From: a virus
Taxonomy: Duplodnaviria; Caudoviricetes
Reading direction: 5' to 3' (one strand)
Virus record (IMG/VR): IMGVR_UViG_3300043596_000006
Span: 1-47,847 of that record
Length of the DNA stretch: 47,847 bases
Within the stretch, counting starts at the first letter, position 1. Each line of letters begins with the position of its first letter. Both the position numbers and the translations under genes were made by a program. The notes beneath the pieces were generated by a model. The model was not told the origin of the DNA. It did no database searches and saw nothing but the letters and a program-made list of their open reading frames with translations. Positions 9,448 through 20,063 of the stretch are shown one piece after another.

Positions 9448-10314
9448 ATGTCTGTACTTGTTTGGGATGCGGCGACGCAGCGCTTCTACGAGACCGGTGT
9501 CGACCATGGCGTACTGTACCCGGCGGTGGCTGGGCTGTACCCGCTCGGCGTCGCGTGGAACGGTCTGACCACGGTCACGGAGTCGCCTTCTGGCGCCGAG
9601 TCCACGAAGACCTACGCGGACAACATCCTGTACGCCAACCTGCTGTCCAAGGAGTTCTGGGGCGGCACGATCGAGGCCTACACCTACCCGGCGGAATTCG
9701 AGCCGTGCGACGGTCAGGTGGCTCCCGAGCCTGGCGTCAGCATCGGCCAGCAGCCGCGGCAGTCGTTCGGGTTCGCTTACCGGACGATCAAGGGTAACGA
9801 CACCGAGGGCAACGGCTACGCCGAGAAGCTGCACCTCGTCTACGGTTGCCTCGCGGCTCCGTCGGAGAAGGCCAACACGACCGTCAATGACTCGCCGGCG
9901 ATGGTGAACTTCAGTTGGGCTGTCTCCTCGACTCCGGTCGTGGTCGACGGCTACGACCCGACGTCCACCATTACGATCGACTCCTCGACGGTCGACGCGG
10001 ACTCCTACCAGGCCCTCAAGGACCTGCTGTACGGCACGGAGGGCACCGATCCGACGCTCCCCATGCCCAACGAGGTCCTGGCTCTGTTCGCCGGTACGGT
10101 CACTGAGGTCTTCCCGACCGCCCCGACGTACGACAACGGTACTCACCTGGTCACGATCCCGTCGGTTACCGGTGTCGTGTACAAGATCAACGGCGTCACC
10201 CAGACCGCGGGTACTCACGCGCAGACGGCTGACTTCGTGGTTCACGCGGTTCCGGCTCCGGCTTACGTCTTCAGCCAGCCGTCGGTCGACGAGTGGTTCT
10301 TCGACTACTCGTAA
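9448..10314 (+). CDS. Major tail (tube) protein
   Basis: LVWD...YETGVDHGVLY, GVAWNGLT, YADNI.Y, LHLVYG; strong codon bias; C-terminal Ig-like extension. Confidence 0.9.
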   Translation: MSVLVWDAATQRFYETGVDHGVLYPAVAGLYPLGVAWNGLTTVTESPSGAESTKTYADNILYANLLSKEFWGGTIEAYTYPAEFEPCDGQVAPEPGVSIGQQPRQSFGFAYRTIKGNDTEGNGYAEKLHLVYGCLAAPSEKANTTVNDSPAMVNFSWAVSSTPVVVDGYDPTSTITIDSSTVDADSYQALKDLLYGTEGTDPTLPMPNEVLALFAGTVTEVFPTAPTYDNGTHLVTIPSVTGVVYKINGVTQTAGTHAQTADFVVHAVPAPAYVFSQPSVDEWFFDYS

Positions 10315-10340
10315 CAACTAGATGAGAGGAGGATCAGGGA

Positions 10341-10892
10341 GTGCTCACGCTATCGGTTCCAATCGACCCAGTCGAATCGTATAACGAGGCGACTGAAGAG
10401 TTCGTCATCGTCGCAACGAAGTACTTTACGTTGGAACTGGAGCACTCCCTGGTCTCCCTGTCAAAATGGGAGTCATTCTTTCACAAGCCGTTCCTCGGTC
10501 CGGCTGACAAGTCCACCGAAGAGATCATTTGGTACGTCCAAGCAATGTCTTTGACACCAAATGTCCCCCTGGAGATTTTCCAGAACTTCTCCCAGACCAA
10601 TGTTGATCAGATTAACGCTTACATCGAGGACACGATGACGGCCACGTTCTTCAGTGAGTCGAAATCGACACCTTCGTTGCAGATCGTCACGGCAGAACTA
10701 ATATACTACTGGATGATCGCTCATAACATCCCGTTCGAGTGCCAGTATTGGCATTTGAATCGACTTCTGACTCTCGTCAAGGTGTGTAACCGGATGAATG
10801 AGCCTCAGAAGAAGATGTCTCAAGCTGAACTGATCGCCAGGAACAGAGAACTGAACGCGCAGCGCCGTAAGGAATTCGGAACCAAGGGCTGA
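10341..10892 (+). CDS. Tail assembly chaperone-like protein
   Basis: LEHSLVSLSKWES and WHLNRLLTL; position after the tail tube gene. Confidence 0.65.
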   Translation: MLTLSVPIDPVESYNEATEEFVIVATKYFTLELEHSLVSLSKWESFFHKPFLGPADKSTEEIIWYVQAMSLTPNVPLEIFQNFSQTNVDQINAYIEDTMTATFFSESKSTPSLQIVTAELIYYWMIAHNIPFECQYWHLNRLLTLVKVCNRMNEPQKKMSQAELIARNRELNAQRRKEFGTKG

Positions 10893-10905
10893 GAGGAGGG
10901 AACAC

Positions 10906-11700
10906 GTGTCACGTCTCGTGTGGGATAGTCCCGGAGAACGTGTGTATGAGACCGGCGTGGATAGGTGTGTGCTCTACGTCACCGGTCTTGTCGGTGTCGC
11001 ATGGAACGGTATTACCTCCGTCAGCGAGACTCCCTCCGGTGGAGAAGCTACGCCCTACTATCTCGACGGTGAGAAGTACATCAATGTGTCGGAGAAAGAG
11101 GACTTCTCGGCGACTCTTGAGGCGTTCACCTACCCTCAGAACTTCGCTCTCTGCGATGGAAGCGCGGAACCGTACACCGGATTGTTCCTGGCGCAGCAGA
11201 AACGAAAGTCTTTCGGCCTAACCTGGCGAACCATCGTCGGTAATGACACGCTTGCCACTGCGTTCGGCTACAAGATTCATATTCTCTACAATGCACGCGC
11301 CGAGCCGACGCAGAGAGTCAGTAAGACGATTGGCGAAGCAAGCGAACTAACCGCTCTCAGTTGGAGACTCGGAACTCTGGCTCCGGCGCTATCTGGGTAC
11401 AGGCGAACCGCGCACTTCATGATCGACACACGGTATGCCAGCCCACTGACCGTCGCGGCCATCGAGGCCATTCTGTACGGAGATGACGCCACCTCACCGC
11501 GTCTCCCGACTCCAGAAGAGGTATTCGCTGCCTTCGAGCTGAACAGCACATTCATCGTTGTCGACAATGGGGATGGTACCGGAACCATATCTGGTACGGA
11601 TCTCGAAGTTCACGTCACTGGTGATCCGACGATCTACACGATCGATTCTCCTGGTGCGGTCGAACTCGATGCCGACACCTTCCGACTCACATCGCACTAG
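10906..11700 (+). CDS. Second major-tail-like protein (paralog)
   Basis: LVWD...YETGVDRCVLY, GVAWNGIT, IHILYN and ILYG....PRLPTPEEV are colinear with 9448-10314. Confidence 0.85.
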   Translation: MSRLVWDSPGERVYETGVDRCVLYVTGLVGVAWNGITSVSETPSGGEATPYYLDGEKYINVSEKEDFSATLEAFTYPQNFALCDGSAEPYTGLFLAQQKRKSFGLTWRTIVGNDTLATAFGYKIHILYNARAEPTQRVSKTIGEASELTALSWRLGTLAPALSGYRRTAHFMIDTRYASPLTVAAIEAILYGDDATSPRLPTPEEVFAAFELNSTFIVVDNGDGTGTISGTDLEVHVTGDPTIYTIDSPGAVELDADTFRLTSH

Positions 11701-11711
11701 AAAGGAGCGAG

Positions 11712-12530
11712 ATGGGTACCGTAGATGTATTTAGCGCGTCAAGGACGCAGGCAATCGAAGACGGCGCCATCGTGAGTGGAGCTGTCGATGGCGGCACGGG
11801 TCACCTCATCCTCACGACACATGACGGAACTGATATTGACGCGGGCTATGTCCTGGGCTCTGTCAGCGCCGCCAGCACAACTGCACAGGGCATCGTTGAG
11901 CTGGCGACTGACGCCGAGACCATCACGGGCACTGACGCCGTACGCGCCGTCACCCCGCACGGTCTTGCCGCGGTCACGGTTAACCTCCAGCCCAAGGACT
12001 CGGACCTGACGGCGATCGCCGGCCTGGGCCCTTCCAACAACGACACCCTGCAGTTCATCGCGGGCGCGTGGGCTAACCGCACCATCGCGCAAGCAAAGAC
12101 GACCCTGGCGATCGCGGTCGCCGATACGACGGACGGTGTAACTCTCCTGGCGGCTAAGGCTCCCCTCGCGAGTCCTACCCTCACGGGAACTGTCACTCTG
12201 TCCGGTCGCCAGGTCATCACGCCTGACACTTCCACCATTTCCTCGGCACATGCGGCAATCGATGCATCCCTGGGTAACAACTGGGACATCGCGGCGAACG
12301 CCAACTTCACTCTGGACAACCCGACGAACCCAACGGATGGTCAGGTCCTGCACCTCCGCATCACGCAGGACGCCACTGGTAGCCGTATTCTGACTCTGGG
12401 CACGGCTTGGAACGCTGGAACTCAGACGATTACGTTGTCAACTACCGCCAACAAGTGTGACCACCTGGTTGCGCAGTACAGCAGTGCTCGCTCCAAGTGG
12501 GACATTACGGGCTTCCAGGCAGGTTTCTAA
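11712..12530 (+). CDS. Tail fiber/minor tail protein
   Basis: Fiber repeat ASTTAQGIVELATDAET...AVTP, KAPLASPTLTG, C-terminal ITQDATGSR domain. Confidence 0.75.
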   Translation: MGTVDVFSASRTQAIEDGAIVSGAVDGGTGHLILTTHDGTDIDAGYVLGSVSAASTTAQGIVELATDAETITGTDAVRAVTPHGLAAVTVNLQPKDSDLTAIAGLGPSNNDTLQFIAGAWANRTIAQAKTTLAIAVADTTDGVTLLAAKAPLASPTLTGTVTLSGRQVITPDTSTISSAHAAIDASLGNNWDIAANANFTLDNPTNPTDGQVLHLRITQDATGSRILTLGTAWNAGTQTITLSTTANKCDHLVAQYSSARSKWDITGFQAGF

Positions 12531-13219
12531 TGCCAGCGACGCCTTCGGTAGGAAACCACCTTGACGTGGCGGTGATCACCAACGTTGCGACTGCCACGAT
12601 CGATATTACGACGGCCACCATCGGGAACTGGGTCTACTGCTTTATCACGGTCGTTGGAGCGGTGAGTGTCGCTCCAACTATTACCGGATGGACCCAGGTA
12701 ACGGTCGACAGCCCGAACCTGAAGATTCTACGACGTAAGAAGGTTGGTGGAGACACTACCTTCACTGTCAACTGGACCGGTAACTCCAACGCCATGATTT
12801 CGTGGGTCGAGTGGAGTGGTCTGGATCCGACGTCTCCGGATGAGTCTGCCGCGGCTACTGACTTCTCTGGAACTACTCGTACCGCAGTTCCGACGCCTTC
12901 GGCCACTCCGACAACGACTGGTCGATACGCGGTTGGATATTTCGCTACAAGGGCTACGGTTACTGGAGACAAGGCCATAACTTGGACGTCTGACGCGGCT
13001 CTCACGGAGATCGTCGATGCCAATGGTTCGGCTGGCTCGGTGAGTTCCTGGGTTGGCCACGAAATCGCGTGGTCAGTGACTCCAGTAACCAATGCGTCAC
13101 ACACCTACACTGCCACTCACAACATCACGGAGACCCGAGACTTCTCGGCGATTCTCTTTCTGATTCCGGACCCCGCCGGCGGGAGCACCGCTAAAGCGGG
13201 GTTCTTCGCCTCCTACTAA
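12530..13219 (+). CDS. Minor tail/receptor-binding-like protein
   Basis: TAATG coupling to the previous gene; Thr-rich all-beta composition. Confidence 0.6.
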   Translation: MPATPSVGNHLDVAVITNVATATIDITTATIGNWVYCFITVVGAVSVAPTITGWTQVTVDSPNLKILRRKKVGGDTTFTVNWTGNSNAMISWVEWSGLDPTSPDESAAATDFSGTTRTAVPTPSATPTTTGRYAVGYFATRATVTGDKAITWTSDAALTEIVDANGSAGSVSSWVGHEIAWSVTPVTNASHTYTATHNITETRDFSAILFLIPDPAGGSTAKAGFFASY

Positions 13220-13233
13220 GACTGGAGCCACCG

Positions 13234-13620
13234 ATGTATATTTCAGCTACATCGACAGGCTCCTTTGATAAGACAACGAAATTCCTACAAGACATGGCGC
13301 GTATCAACTCAACCGTCATGTCGGCGATGCACGAGTGTGGTCAGCAGGGTGTAAATGCTCTGTCTGACCACACTCCGGTGTCTACTGGTAGGACAGCCCA
13401 CGCGTGGGGATACGAGGTCGAAGGTGATGCGAAGGGTTGCTCCATCACATGGACCAACTCGGACGTCGAGAGTGGTTTCCCTGTGGCGATCATGCTTCAG
13501 TACGGCTACGCGACCGGCACCGGCGGTTACGTCCAGGGCCGTGACTACATTAACCCGGCCATCAAGCCTATATTTGACCAAATCGCGGACAAGATCTGGA
13601 AGGCGGTGACCTCAGCATGA
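13234..13620 (+). CDS. HK97 gp10-like tail completion protein
   Basis: TPVSTGRT, LQYGY.TG and YINPA motifs; directly upstream of tape measure. Confidence 0.7.
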   Translation: MYISATSTGSFDKTTKFLQDMARINSTVMSAMHECGQQGVNALSDHTPVSTGRTAHAWGYEVEGDAKGCSITWTNSDVESGFPVAIMLQYGYATGTGGYVQGRDYINPAIKPIFDQIADKIWKAVTSA

Positions 13621-16600
13621 GCAGTGTGGACCAGCGCGTAGTTCAAATGAAATTCGACAACATCGAGTTTCAGAAAGGCGTCAAAGACACACTCACGTCT
13701 CTTGATCAATTGAACAAGGGCCTCAAGCTCGAAGGGGCCACCAAGGGCATCAACGATATTTCTACCGCAGCATCGCGGTTTTCCCTCGCGAATATTGCAT
13801 CTGGGGTAGAAAATATCTCCGATCGGTTCAAAGCCCTCTCGGTAATCGGTATTACGGCTCTGGCTACGATTGCTCAGAAGGCCGTCAACGCCGGTCTCCA
13901 GATCTCCAGGTCGCTTACTGTCGCTCCGATCTTGCAGGGTTACCACGAGTATGAAACTCAGCTGAACTCGATCCAGACGATTCTGGCGAACACCGCGACC
14001 GAGGGCACGAAGCTCAAGAATGTTACGGACGCTCTAAACGTTCTTAACACTTACGCTGACAAGACGATTTACAGCTTCTCTGAGATGACTCGGAACATCG
14101 GTACCTTCACCGCCGCCGGCGTTAGTCTCCAGACCTCCGTCGAGGCCATCAAGGGTATTGCCAACCTTGCTGCTCTCTCAGGCTCGAATGCCGAGCAAGC
14201 GTCTGCTGCGATGTACCAGTTGTCACAGGCCATTGCTGCTAATAAAGTTGGAGCACAGGACTGGATCTCGGTTGTCAACGCGGGTATGGGTGGTAAAGCC
14301 TTCCAGAATTCGCTGTTCGAGACAGCCAAGGCCATGGGCACCATCAAGACTAGCGCCCCTGACTTCGATCATTGGATCAAAGCTGGTAACACATTTAAGG
14401 ATTCTCTGAAGGACGGATGGCTCACCGGAAAGGTCCTGACGGAGACGCTCAGGAAGTTCACGGGTGATCTGTCCGATGCCCAGCTCAAGGCAATGGGTTA
14501 CAACAAGACCCAGATCCTCCAGATCCAGCAGATGGCTCAGAACGCCAACGACGCTGCTACCAAGGTAAAGACGTTCTCGCAGCTGTTGGATACCTTGAGG
14601 GAAGCAGTCGGTTCTGGGTGGGCGACCACTTGGCAGACTGTCTTCGGCGACTTCAACGAAGCCAAAGTTCTGTTCACGAACGTAAATAATGTTCTTAGCG
14701 GCTTCATCAATACCTCAGCCAAAGCCCGTAACAAGGTTCTGGCGGACTGGAAAGCTCTTGGTGGCCGGACTGCTCTGATCAACGGCATCGCTAATGCGTT
14801 CCATGCACTCATGGCGGTTGTTCAGCCGATCAAGGATGCGTTCCATGACATCTTCCCGCCGGCGACCGGTGCTCAACTCGCCTCGTTGTCGAAGTCATTT
14901 GAGGAGTTCACCAAACACCTCAAAATAGGAGCAGATACTGCGGACAAGATCCATCGCACTTTCGCCGGTGTCTTCGCGATCTTCAAGATCGGGTACGACA
15001 TTGTCAAGGAAATTGCTCTGGTCTTTATCCACGTATTCTCCGCGCTGACTTCTGGCTCCGGTGCCATCCTGGACACGACAGCCAGTATCGGAGACTTCAT
15101 TGTCGGTCTCAAGAACACTCTCGAATCGGGTGACAAGCTCCACAAGTTCTTCCAGAACATCGCGAAGGACCTGGACAAGCCCATCGAGAAGGTCCGAGAG
15201 TTCTTCGGATGGATTAGCGACGCATGGCACGGAGTTGACAAGCTCGCCAAGCCAGCAGTAGACGGTCTGCACAAGGCACTTACTCCTCTGGAGAGTCTTG
15301 GCAACCGACTATTGAGCATCTGGCAAGGATTCGCCAACGTTCTGAGTGCTGTTGGCAAGTTCCTAAAGCCTATCGGTGTGGCTATCGGAAAGTTCTTCAC
15401 TGGAGTCGTCGACAAGATCAAGACGAGTTTCGGTGACATCGACTACGACAACCTGTTCGACGGTCTGAACGTCGGTCTTCTGGCAGCCATCGGGATCATC
15501 CTCAAGAAGATTCTCAGTGGTGGCTTGAAGCTGGACTTCACCGGAGGCGTATTCGACAAGATCAAGGAAGCGTTCGAAGGTCTCACCGGCACACTCAAGA
15601 CGATGCAGTTGCAGCTGAAGGCCAACGCCCTCATCAAGATCGCTGCAGCTATCGCACTTCTTACGGTATCGGTGATCGCACTCTCCCTGATCGACTCTAA
15701 GAAGCTCACATCGGCAACGGCTGCTCTTACTGTGATGTTCACGGATCTTCTGGTTTCTCTTGGTGTATTTGAGAAGATCACCAAGAACCAGGGTTTCGTT
15801 AAGATGCCTTTGGTCACTGCATCTCTGATTGCTCTGGCAATCGCTCTGGATCTCATGACTATTGCAGTCAAGAGCATGTCGGAGTTGAACTGGAATGAGC
15901 TGTCCAAGGGACTTACAGGCCTTGCGGTAGTTATGGCCGTTATGGTCACCGCGACCCGCTTGCTCCCCAAGGAAAGTCTTATCTCCACCGGCGCTGGAAT
16001 GGTTATTCTGGGTGCTTCCCTGAAGATCATGGCTAGTGCCATGAAGGACTTCTCCAGCATATCCTGGGCCGACATGGCAAAGGGCATCACTGGAGTAGCA
16101 CTTGTTCTAGGCGCTCTGATCCTCGTAAGCAAGACTATGGAGAAGAGCAAGGGCGGCATATTTGAGGATCTGGAGTTCATCCTTCTGGCGGCGTCGATCA
16201 AGATCCTTGCCATGGCAGTTGGTGACTTCGGAAAGCTCTCTTGGGGTAGTATCGCCAAGGGTCTAGTGGCTATGGCCGGTGCTCTGACCATCATGGTCAC
16301 TGCTATTGACCTAATGCCTCCCACAGCCGCACTTTCCGCCGCGGGAATTACGGTAGCAGCTCTCGGACTCGGTAAGATCGCCGAAGCACTTGTCATCATG
16401 GGCAAGATGTCTTGGGGTGAAATCGGTAAGTCTCTCGTTGAGTTCCTCGGCGTTATGACGATCCTGTCCACAGCTCTAGATATCATTGACCCCGCGGCTC
16501 CTCTGGCTGCGGTTGCCATCTATATTACAGCTCTTGCTCTCGACAAGGTCGCTACCATACTGGATCACTTCGCTAAGATGTCTTGGGGCGAAATCGGTAA

Positions 16601-18047
16601 GGCAATGACTGTGCTGGCGGGTGCTCTGTTCATTATCGGCGGCGCACTGGACATCATGTTGATTGCTCTTCCCGGTGCCGCGGCTATGGTCGTTGTTGCC
16701 GGAGCTCTTGCGGTTCTTGTCCCGGTCCTGTTCGTTCTAGGAAAGATGTCCTGGGGTGAGATCGCTAAGGGTCTTGGCGCATTAGCTGCCGTGTTCACGG
16801 TTCTAGGAATCGCCGGACTTCTCTTGGCTCCAGTGGTACCAATCATATTTGCCTTGTCTGCAGCAATCGCTCTAATTGGTGCTGGTGTTGCTCTGGCCGG
16901 CGCAGGTGTATTCCTGTTCGCCGCAGGTCTTACGGCTCTAAGCGCAGCAGGAGCTCTGGGTACCAAGGTCCTCGTGGACATGGTTACTCAGCTGGCTGGT
17001 CTTATTCCGTTGGTGCTTACTAAACTCGGCGAAGGTATCGTCGCGTTTGCTAAGGTCATCGCTACGGCAGGACCTGCTTTCACGGCTGCGATCACTACAG
17101 TTCTGACCTCGTTCATGGACGCCATCATCAAGTTGACTCCCAAGATCGGTGCTGTCTTCCAAGTTATTCTGACGTTGCTTCTAGACCTCGCGGTCAAGAA
17201 CATTCCGAAGATGGTGGACGCTGGTCTGAAGATCCTGATCGGTTTCCTGAACGGAATTGCCAACAATATCGGTCTCGTTATCACCGCGGCGACCAACCTG
17301 ATTGTGAACTTCCTGAACGGGATCAGCAAGAACAACAAGCGAGTGATCGATGCAGGCTTCAACCTGATCATCACCTTCGTGAACAGTCTTGCTGACTCGA
17401 TCCGAGCACACACGCCGGACATGGTCAAGGCCGGGGCCAACCTGGCTGACGCGATCATCAACGGCATGACCGGTGGTCTGTTCGACGGAGTTGGTAAGGT
17501 CGTCGACGCGGCTAAGAACGTGGCTAAGCGAGCATTTGATGCGGCTAAGAACTTCTTGGACATTAACTCCCCGTCAAGGAAGTTCATCGAATTGGGTAAG
17601 TCTTCCTCCGAGGGAATTGCGGTAGGCCTAACCCGGTTCGCGGGTCTGGTTGAGACCGCCTCCGAGGGTGTTGGGAAGACGGCAATCGAGTCGCTCAAGA
17701 ACACTCTCACGGGTATATCTGGTCTTGTGAATGACAACGTCAATCTCAACCCGGTTATTACTCCGGTTCTCGACCTAACTGATGTGAAGAAGAGCGCGGC
17801 TACCTTGGGTAACGCGTTTGGCAATACTCCGGTTCGGATAACAGCATCGGTGTCTAGCGCCAACGCGGCTGCGAACGGGTTCCAGGACAATCTCGATAAC
17901 CGTCCTGGTGGTCCGGACGACGGTCAAGCTCCAATGACTGAACTCAACTACACACAAATCAACAACTCGCCGAAGGCTCTGTCTACGGCGGATATTTACC
18001 GTCAAACCAAGAATCAACTGTCGGCCAAGAAGGGAGAGCTGCCTTAA
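13617..18047 (+). CDS. Tape measure protein
   Basis: 1476 aa, helical; tape-measure N-domain (YQLSQA), MSWGEIGK repeats, INSPSR near the C-terminus. Confidence 0.95.
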   Translation: MSSVDQRVVQMKFDNIEFQKGVKDTLTSLDQLNKGLKLEGATKGINDISTAASRFSLANIASGVENISDRFKALSVIGITALATIAQKAVNAGLQISRSLTVAPILQGYHEYETQLNSIQTILANTATEGTKLKNVTDALNVLNTYADKTIYSFSEMTRNIGTFTAAGVSLQTSVEAIKGIANLAALSGSNAEQASAAMYQLSQAIAANKVGAQDWISVVNAGMGGKAFQNSLFETAKAMGTIKTSAPDFDHWIKAGNTFKDSLKDGWLTGKVLTETLRKFTGDLSDAQLKAMGYNKTQILQIQQMAQNANDAATKVKTFSQLLDTLREAVGSGWATTWQTVFGDFNEAKVLFTNVNNVLSGFINTSAKARNKVLADWKALGGRTALINGIANAFHALMAVVQPIKDAFHDIFPPATGAQLASLSKSFEEFTKHLKIGADTADKIHRTFAGVFAIFKIGYDIVKEIALVFIHVFSALTSGSGAILDTTASIGDFIVGLKNTLESGDKLHKFFQNIAKDLDKPIEKVREFFGWISDAWHGVDKLAKPAVDGLHKALTPLESLGNRLLSIWQGFANVLSAVGKFLKPIGVAIGKFFTGVVDKIKTSFGDIDYDNLFDGLNVGLLAAIGIILKKILSGGLKLDFTGGVFDKIKEAFEGLTGTLKTMQLQLKANALIKIAAAIALLTVSVIALSLIDSKKLTSATAALTVMFTDLLVSLGVFEKITKNQGFVKMPLVTASLIALAIALDLMTIAVKSMSELNWNELSKGLTGLAVVMAVMVTATRLLPKESLISTGAGMVILGASLKIMASAMKDFSSISWADMAKGITGVALVLGALILVSKTMEKSKGGIFEDLEFILLAASIKILAMAVGDFGKLSWGSIAKGLVAMAGALTIMVTAIDLMPPTAALSAAGITVAALGLGKIAEALVIMGKMSWGEIGKSLVEFLGVMTILSTALDIIDPAAPLAAVAIYITALALDKVATILDHFAKMSWGEIGKAMTVLAGALFIIGGALDIMLIALPGAAAMVVVAGALAVLVPVLFVLGKMSWGEIAKGLGALAAVFTVLGIAGLLLAPVVPIIFALSAAIALIGAGVALAGAGVFLFAAGLTALSAAGALGTKVLVDMVTQLAGLIPLVLTKLGEGIVAFAKVIATAGPAFTAAITTVLTSFMDAIIKLTPKIGAVFQVILTLLLDLAVKNIPKMVDAGLKILIGFLNGIANNIGLVITAATNLIVNFLNGISKNNKRVIDAGFNLIITFVNSLADSIRAHTPDMVKAGANLADAIINGMTGGLFDGVGKVVDAAKNVAKRAFDAAKNFLDINSPSRKFIELGKSSSEGIAVGLTRFAGLVETASEGVGKTAIESLKNTLTGISGLVNDNVNLNPVITPVLDLTDVKKSAATLGNAFGNTPVRITASVSSANAAANGFQDNLDNRPGGPDDGQAPMTELNYTQINNSPKALSTADIYRQTKNQLSAKKGELP

Positions 18048-18049
18048 TA

Positions 18050-18865
18050 ATGCTTACCAAAGTAGAAGCACGGAATTCGGCGGGTTCCCTTCTGACCTTC
18101 CAGCTCGATGACGACTCGTCCGGGTTCGTGGTGAAGGATATTCAGGGTCTCGATCCGGTCAACGCCACGATCTCCAAGTCCGACTTCGCGCAGATGGATG
18201 GCACACAGTTCAACGCGGCTCGCCGTGAAGATCGCAATGTGGTCATCGCAATGGATCTGAGGCCGGACGACGCGGACACTCAAGTCAGCGATCTCCGGAA
18301 GCAGTTGTACGCTTTCTTCATGCCGAAGGTCCCAGTGGATCTTCGGTTCTACGACGATGAACTTGTGGTGAATGCAACGGGTCGAGTGGAGTCATTCGTG
18401 GCTCCACTCTTCACCGACAAACCACAGGCCACTCTCTCGGTCATGTGTTTCGATCCTGATTTCATCGCGTTGGATCCGGTGGAGCTCTCGGGTTCCACCG
18501 TTTCCAGCACGACCGAGACATTGATTTCCTACGAGGGAACAACGGACACCGGGTTCCAGCTTGCTCTGAACCTGAACCGTGCTGAGACTGACTTCAGCAT
18601 TTACATCAGGTCTCCGGACGGAACTACACGTCAGATGGACTTCGTGATCAGCATGGCGTCCGGAGACGTCCTTACCCTGAACACCCAAACGGGACTCAAG
18701 GAAGTGACTCTGGTGCACAGTAGTGTCCAGAGTGACGCTCTGTTCGCTCTGACAGGCTCTACATGGCTTACGTTGTCACCAGGTGACAACTATATTCGTG
18801 TCTACGCCACCGGAGCGGCCATCCCGTTCGACCTCACATACACGCCTAGGTACGGAGGTCTGTAA
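18050..18865 (+). CDS. Distal tail (Dit-like) protein
   Basis: Follows tape measure; CFDPDF and WLTLSPGDNYI motifs. Confidence 0.8.
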   Translation: MLTKVEARNSAGSLLTFQLDDDSSGFVVKDIQGLDPVNATISKSDFAQMDGTQFNAARREDRNVVIAMDLRPDDADTQVSDLRKQLYAFFMPKVPVDLRFYDDELVVNATGRVESFVAPLFTDKPQATLSVMCFDPDFIALDPVELSGSTVSSTTETLISYEGTTDTGFQLALNLNRAETDFSIYIRSPDGTTRQMDFVISMASGDVLTLNTQTGLKEVTLVHSSVQSDALFALTGSTWLTLSPGDNYIRVYATGAAIPFDLTYTPRYGGL

Positions 18866-20046
18866 TGGAGGTGTATATCCTCGACGAGTTGTTCCGAAGG
18901 GTCAAGGTCGTGGATAGCCACTCCTCCATGATCTGGTCTGAACGAATGACTGATCTCGGCGATATGGAGATCGACATATTCTCGACGGACTCGGCCAAGC
19001 GTCTATTCCCATCGGGGACCTGGCTCGCGATGAGCCACTCGTACCGGATGATGCAGGTCGAGACCATCGAGGACAGCACGACAGACTCCGGCATCGCCAC
19101 ACTCAAGATCAAAGGTCGGTCCATGGAGAAGATCCTGGCCGACCGGCTGGCCTTGGGTGATCTGACTGACACGACGACTATGCCAAAGTGGGTCATAACC
19201 GACCAACCGGCGGACATCGCCAGGAAGATCTTCCACGATATCTGTGTGACCGGAACGATTGATGCGGGCGATATTATCCCATTCGTGACTGAAGGGACAT
19301 TTCTACCCACTTCTCTCATTCCGGAACCTACGGACACGGTTACGTACGAGATCGAGCCGCAGTCAGTATATTCGTCGCTCAAGACCCTGTGCGATCTGTA
19401 TCTCATGGGTTTCCGCTTCATCCGCAAGGACAATGGCGAAGCCGCGGCGGATATTTACTTCGAGATTTTCATGGGTAATGACCGGACTACTGGTCAGACC
19501 ACGTTCCCGGCGGTCGTCTTCAGCGAGAGCCTAGACAACCTGCAGAACACGTCTGAACTGTCTTCCATAGCCCTTGAGAAGAACGTGGCTTACGTTGTCT
19601 CTCCTGTTGGCGCAGAGGTGGTCTACGCACCAGACGTCGACCCGGCCGTGGCAGGCTTCGAGCGCAAGGTGCTCCTGGTCAACGCTACGGACATCACGGA
19701 TCCAGACGGCCCAACCGCCACAGCTCTCATGATCCAGCGAGGTCTGACTGAGCTCTCGAAGTATCGAAAGGTCTCGGCGTTCGACGGCGAGATGAGCCAG
19801 ACAAGTCGGTATATTCCGAATGTGGACTTCTTCCAAGGCGACTTGGTCGAGCAGCGGAGTAAGACCGGTGCCAGAAACACGATGCAAGTCACGGAACTGA
19901 TTCATATTTCGGACATTAATGGCGATCGCCATTACCCGACGTTGAGTCTGTACCAGTTCATCACCGCTGGCTCGTGGGATTCACAGCCGGCTGACCTGGT
20001 CTGGGACGCTGTTAACCCGGTCACTACCTGGGACGGTTATTCGTAA
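18865..20046 (+). CDS. Minor tail/baseplate hub (Gp37-like) protein
   Basis: SMIWSER...GDMEI, VVFS..LDNL, FFQGDLV; position after Dit. Confidence 0.8.
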   Translation: MEVYILDELFRRVKVVDSHSSMIWSERMTDLGDMEIDIFSTDSAKRLFPSGTWLAMSHSYRMMQVETIEDSTTDSGIATLKIKGRSMEKILADRLALGDLTDTTTMPKWVITDQPADIARKIFHDICVTGTIDAGDIIPFVTEGTFLPTSLIPEPTDTVTYEIEPQSVYSSLKTLCDLYLMGFRFIRKDNGEAAADIYFEIFMGNDRTTGQTTFPAVVFSESLDNLQNTSELSSIALEKNVAYVVSPVGAEVVYAPDVDPAVAGFERKVLLVNATDITDPDGPTATALMIQRGLTELSKYRKVSAFDGEMSQTSRYIPNVDFFQGDLVEQRSKTGARNTMQVTELIHISDINGDRHYPTLSLYQFITAGSWDSQPADLVWDAVNPVTTWDGYS

Positions 20047-20063
20047 CGAGGGAGGTTTGAGTC

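Noticed and set aside
10341-10905. Programmed frameshift in the tail assembly chaperone
   Set aside because: No clear slippery heptamer or second-frame extension seen; the next gene has its own RBS
15850-16800. MSWGEIGK-type repeats in the tape measure
   Set aside because: Ordinary periodic Trp repeats of tape measure proteins
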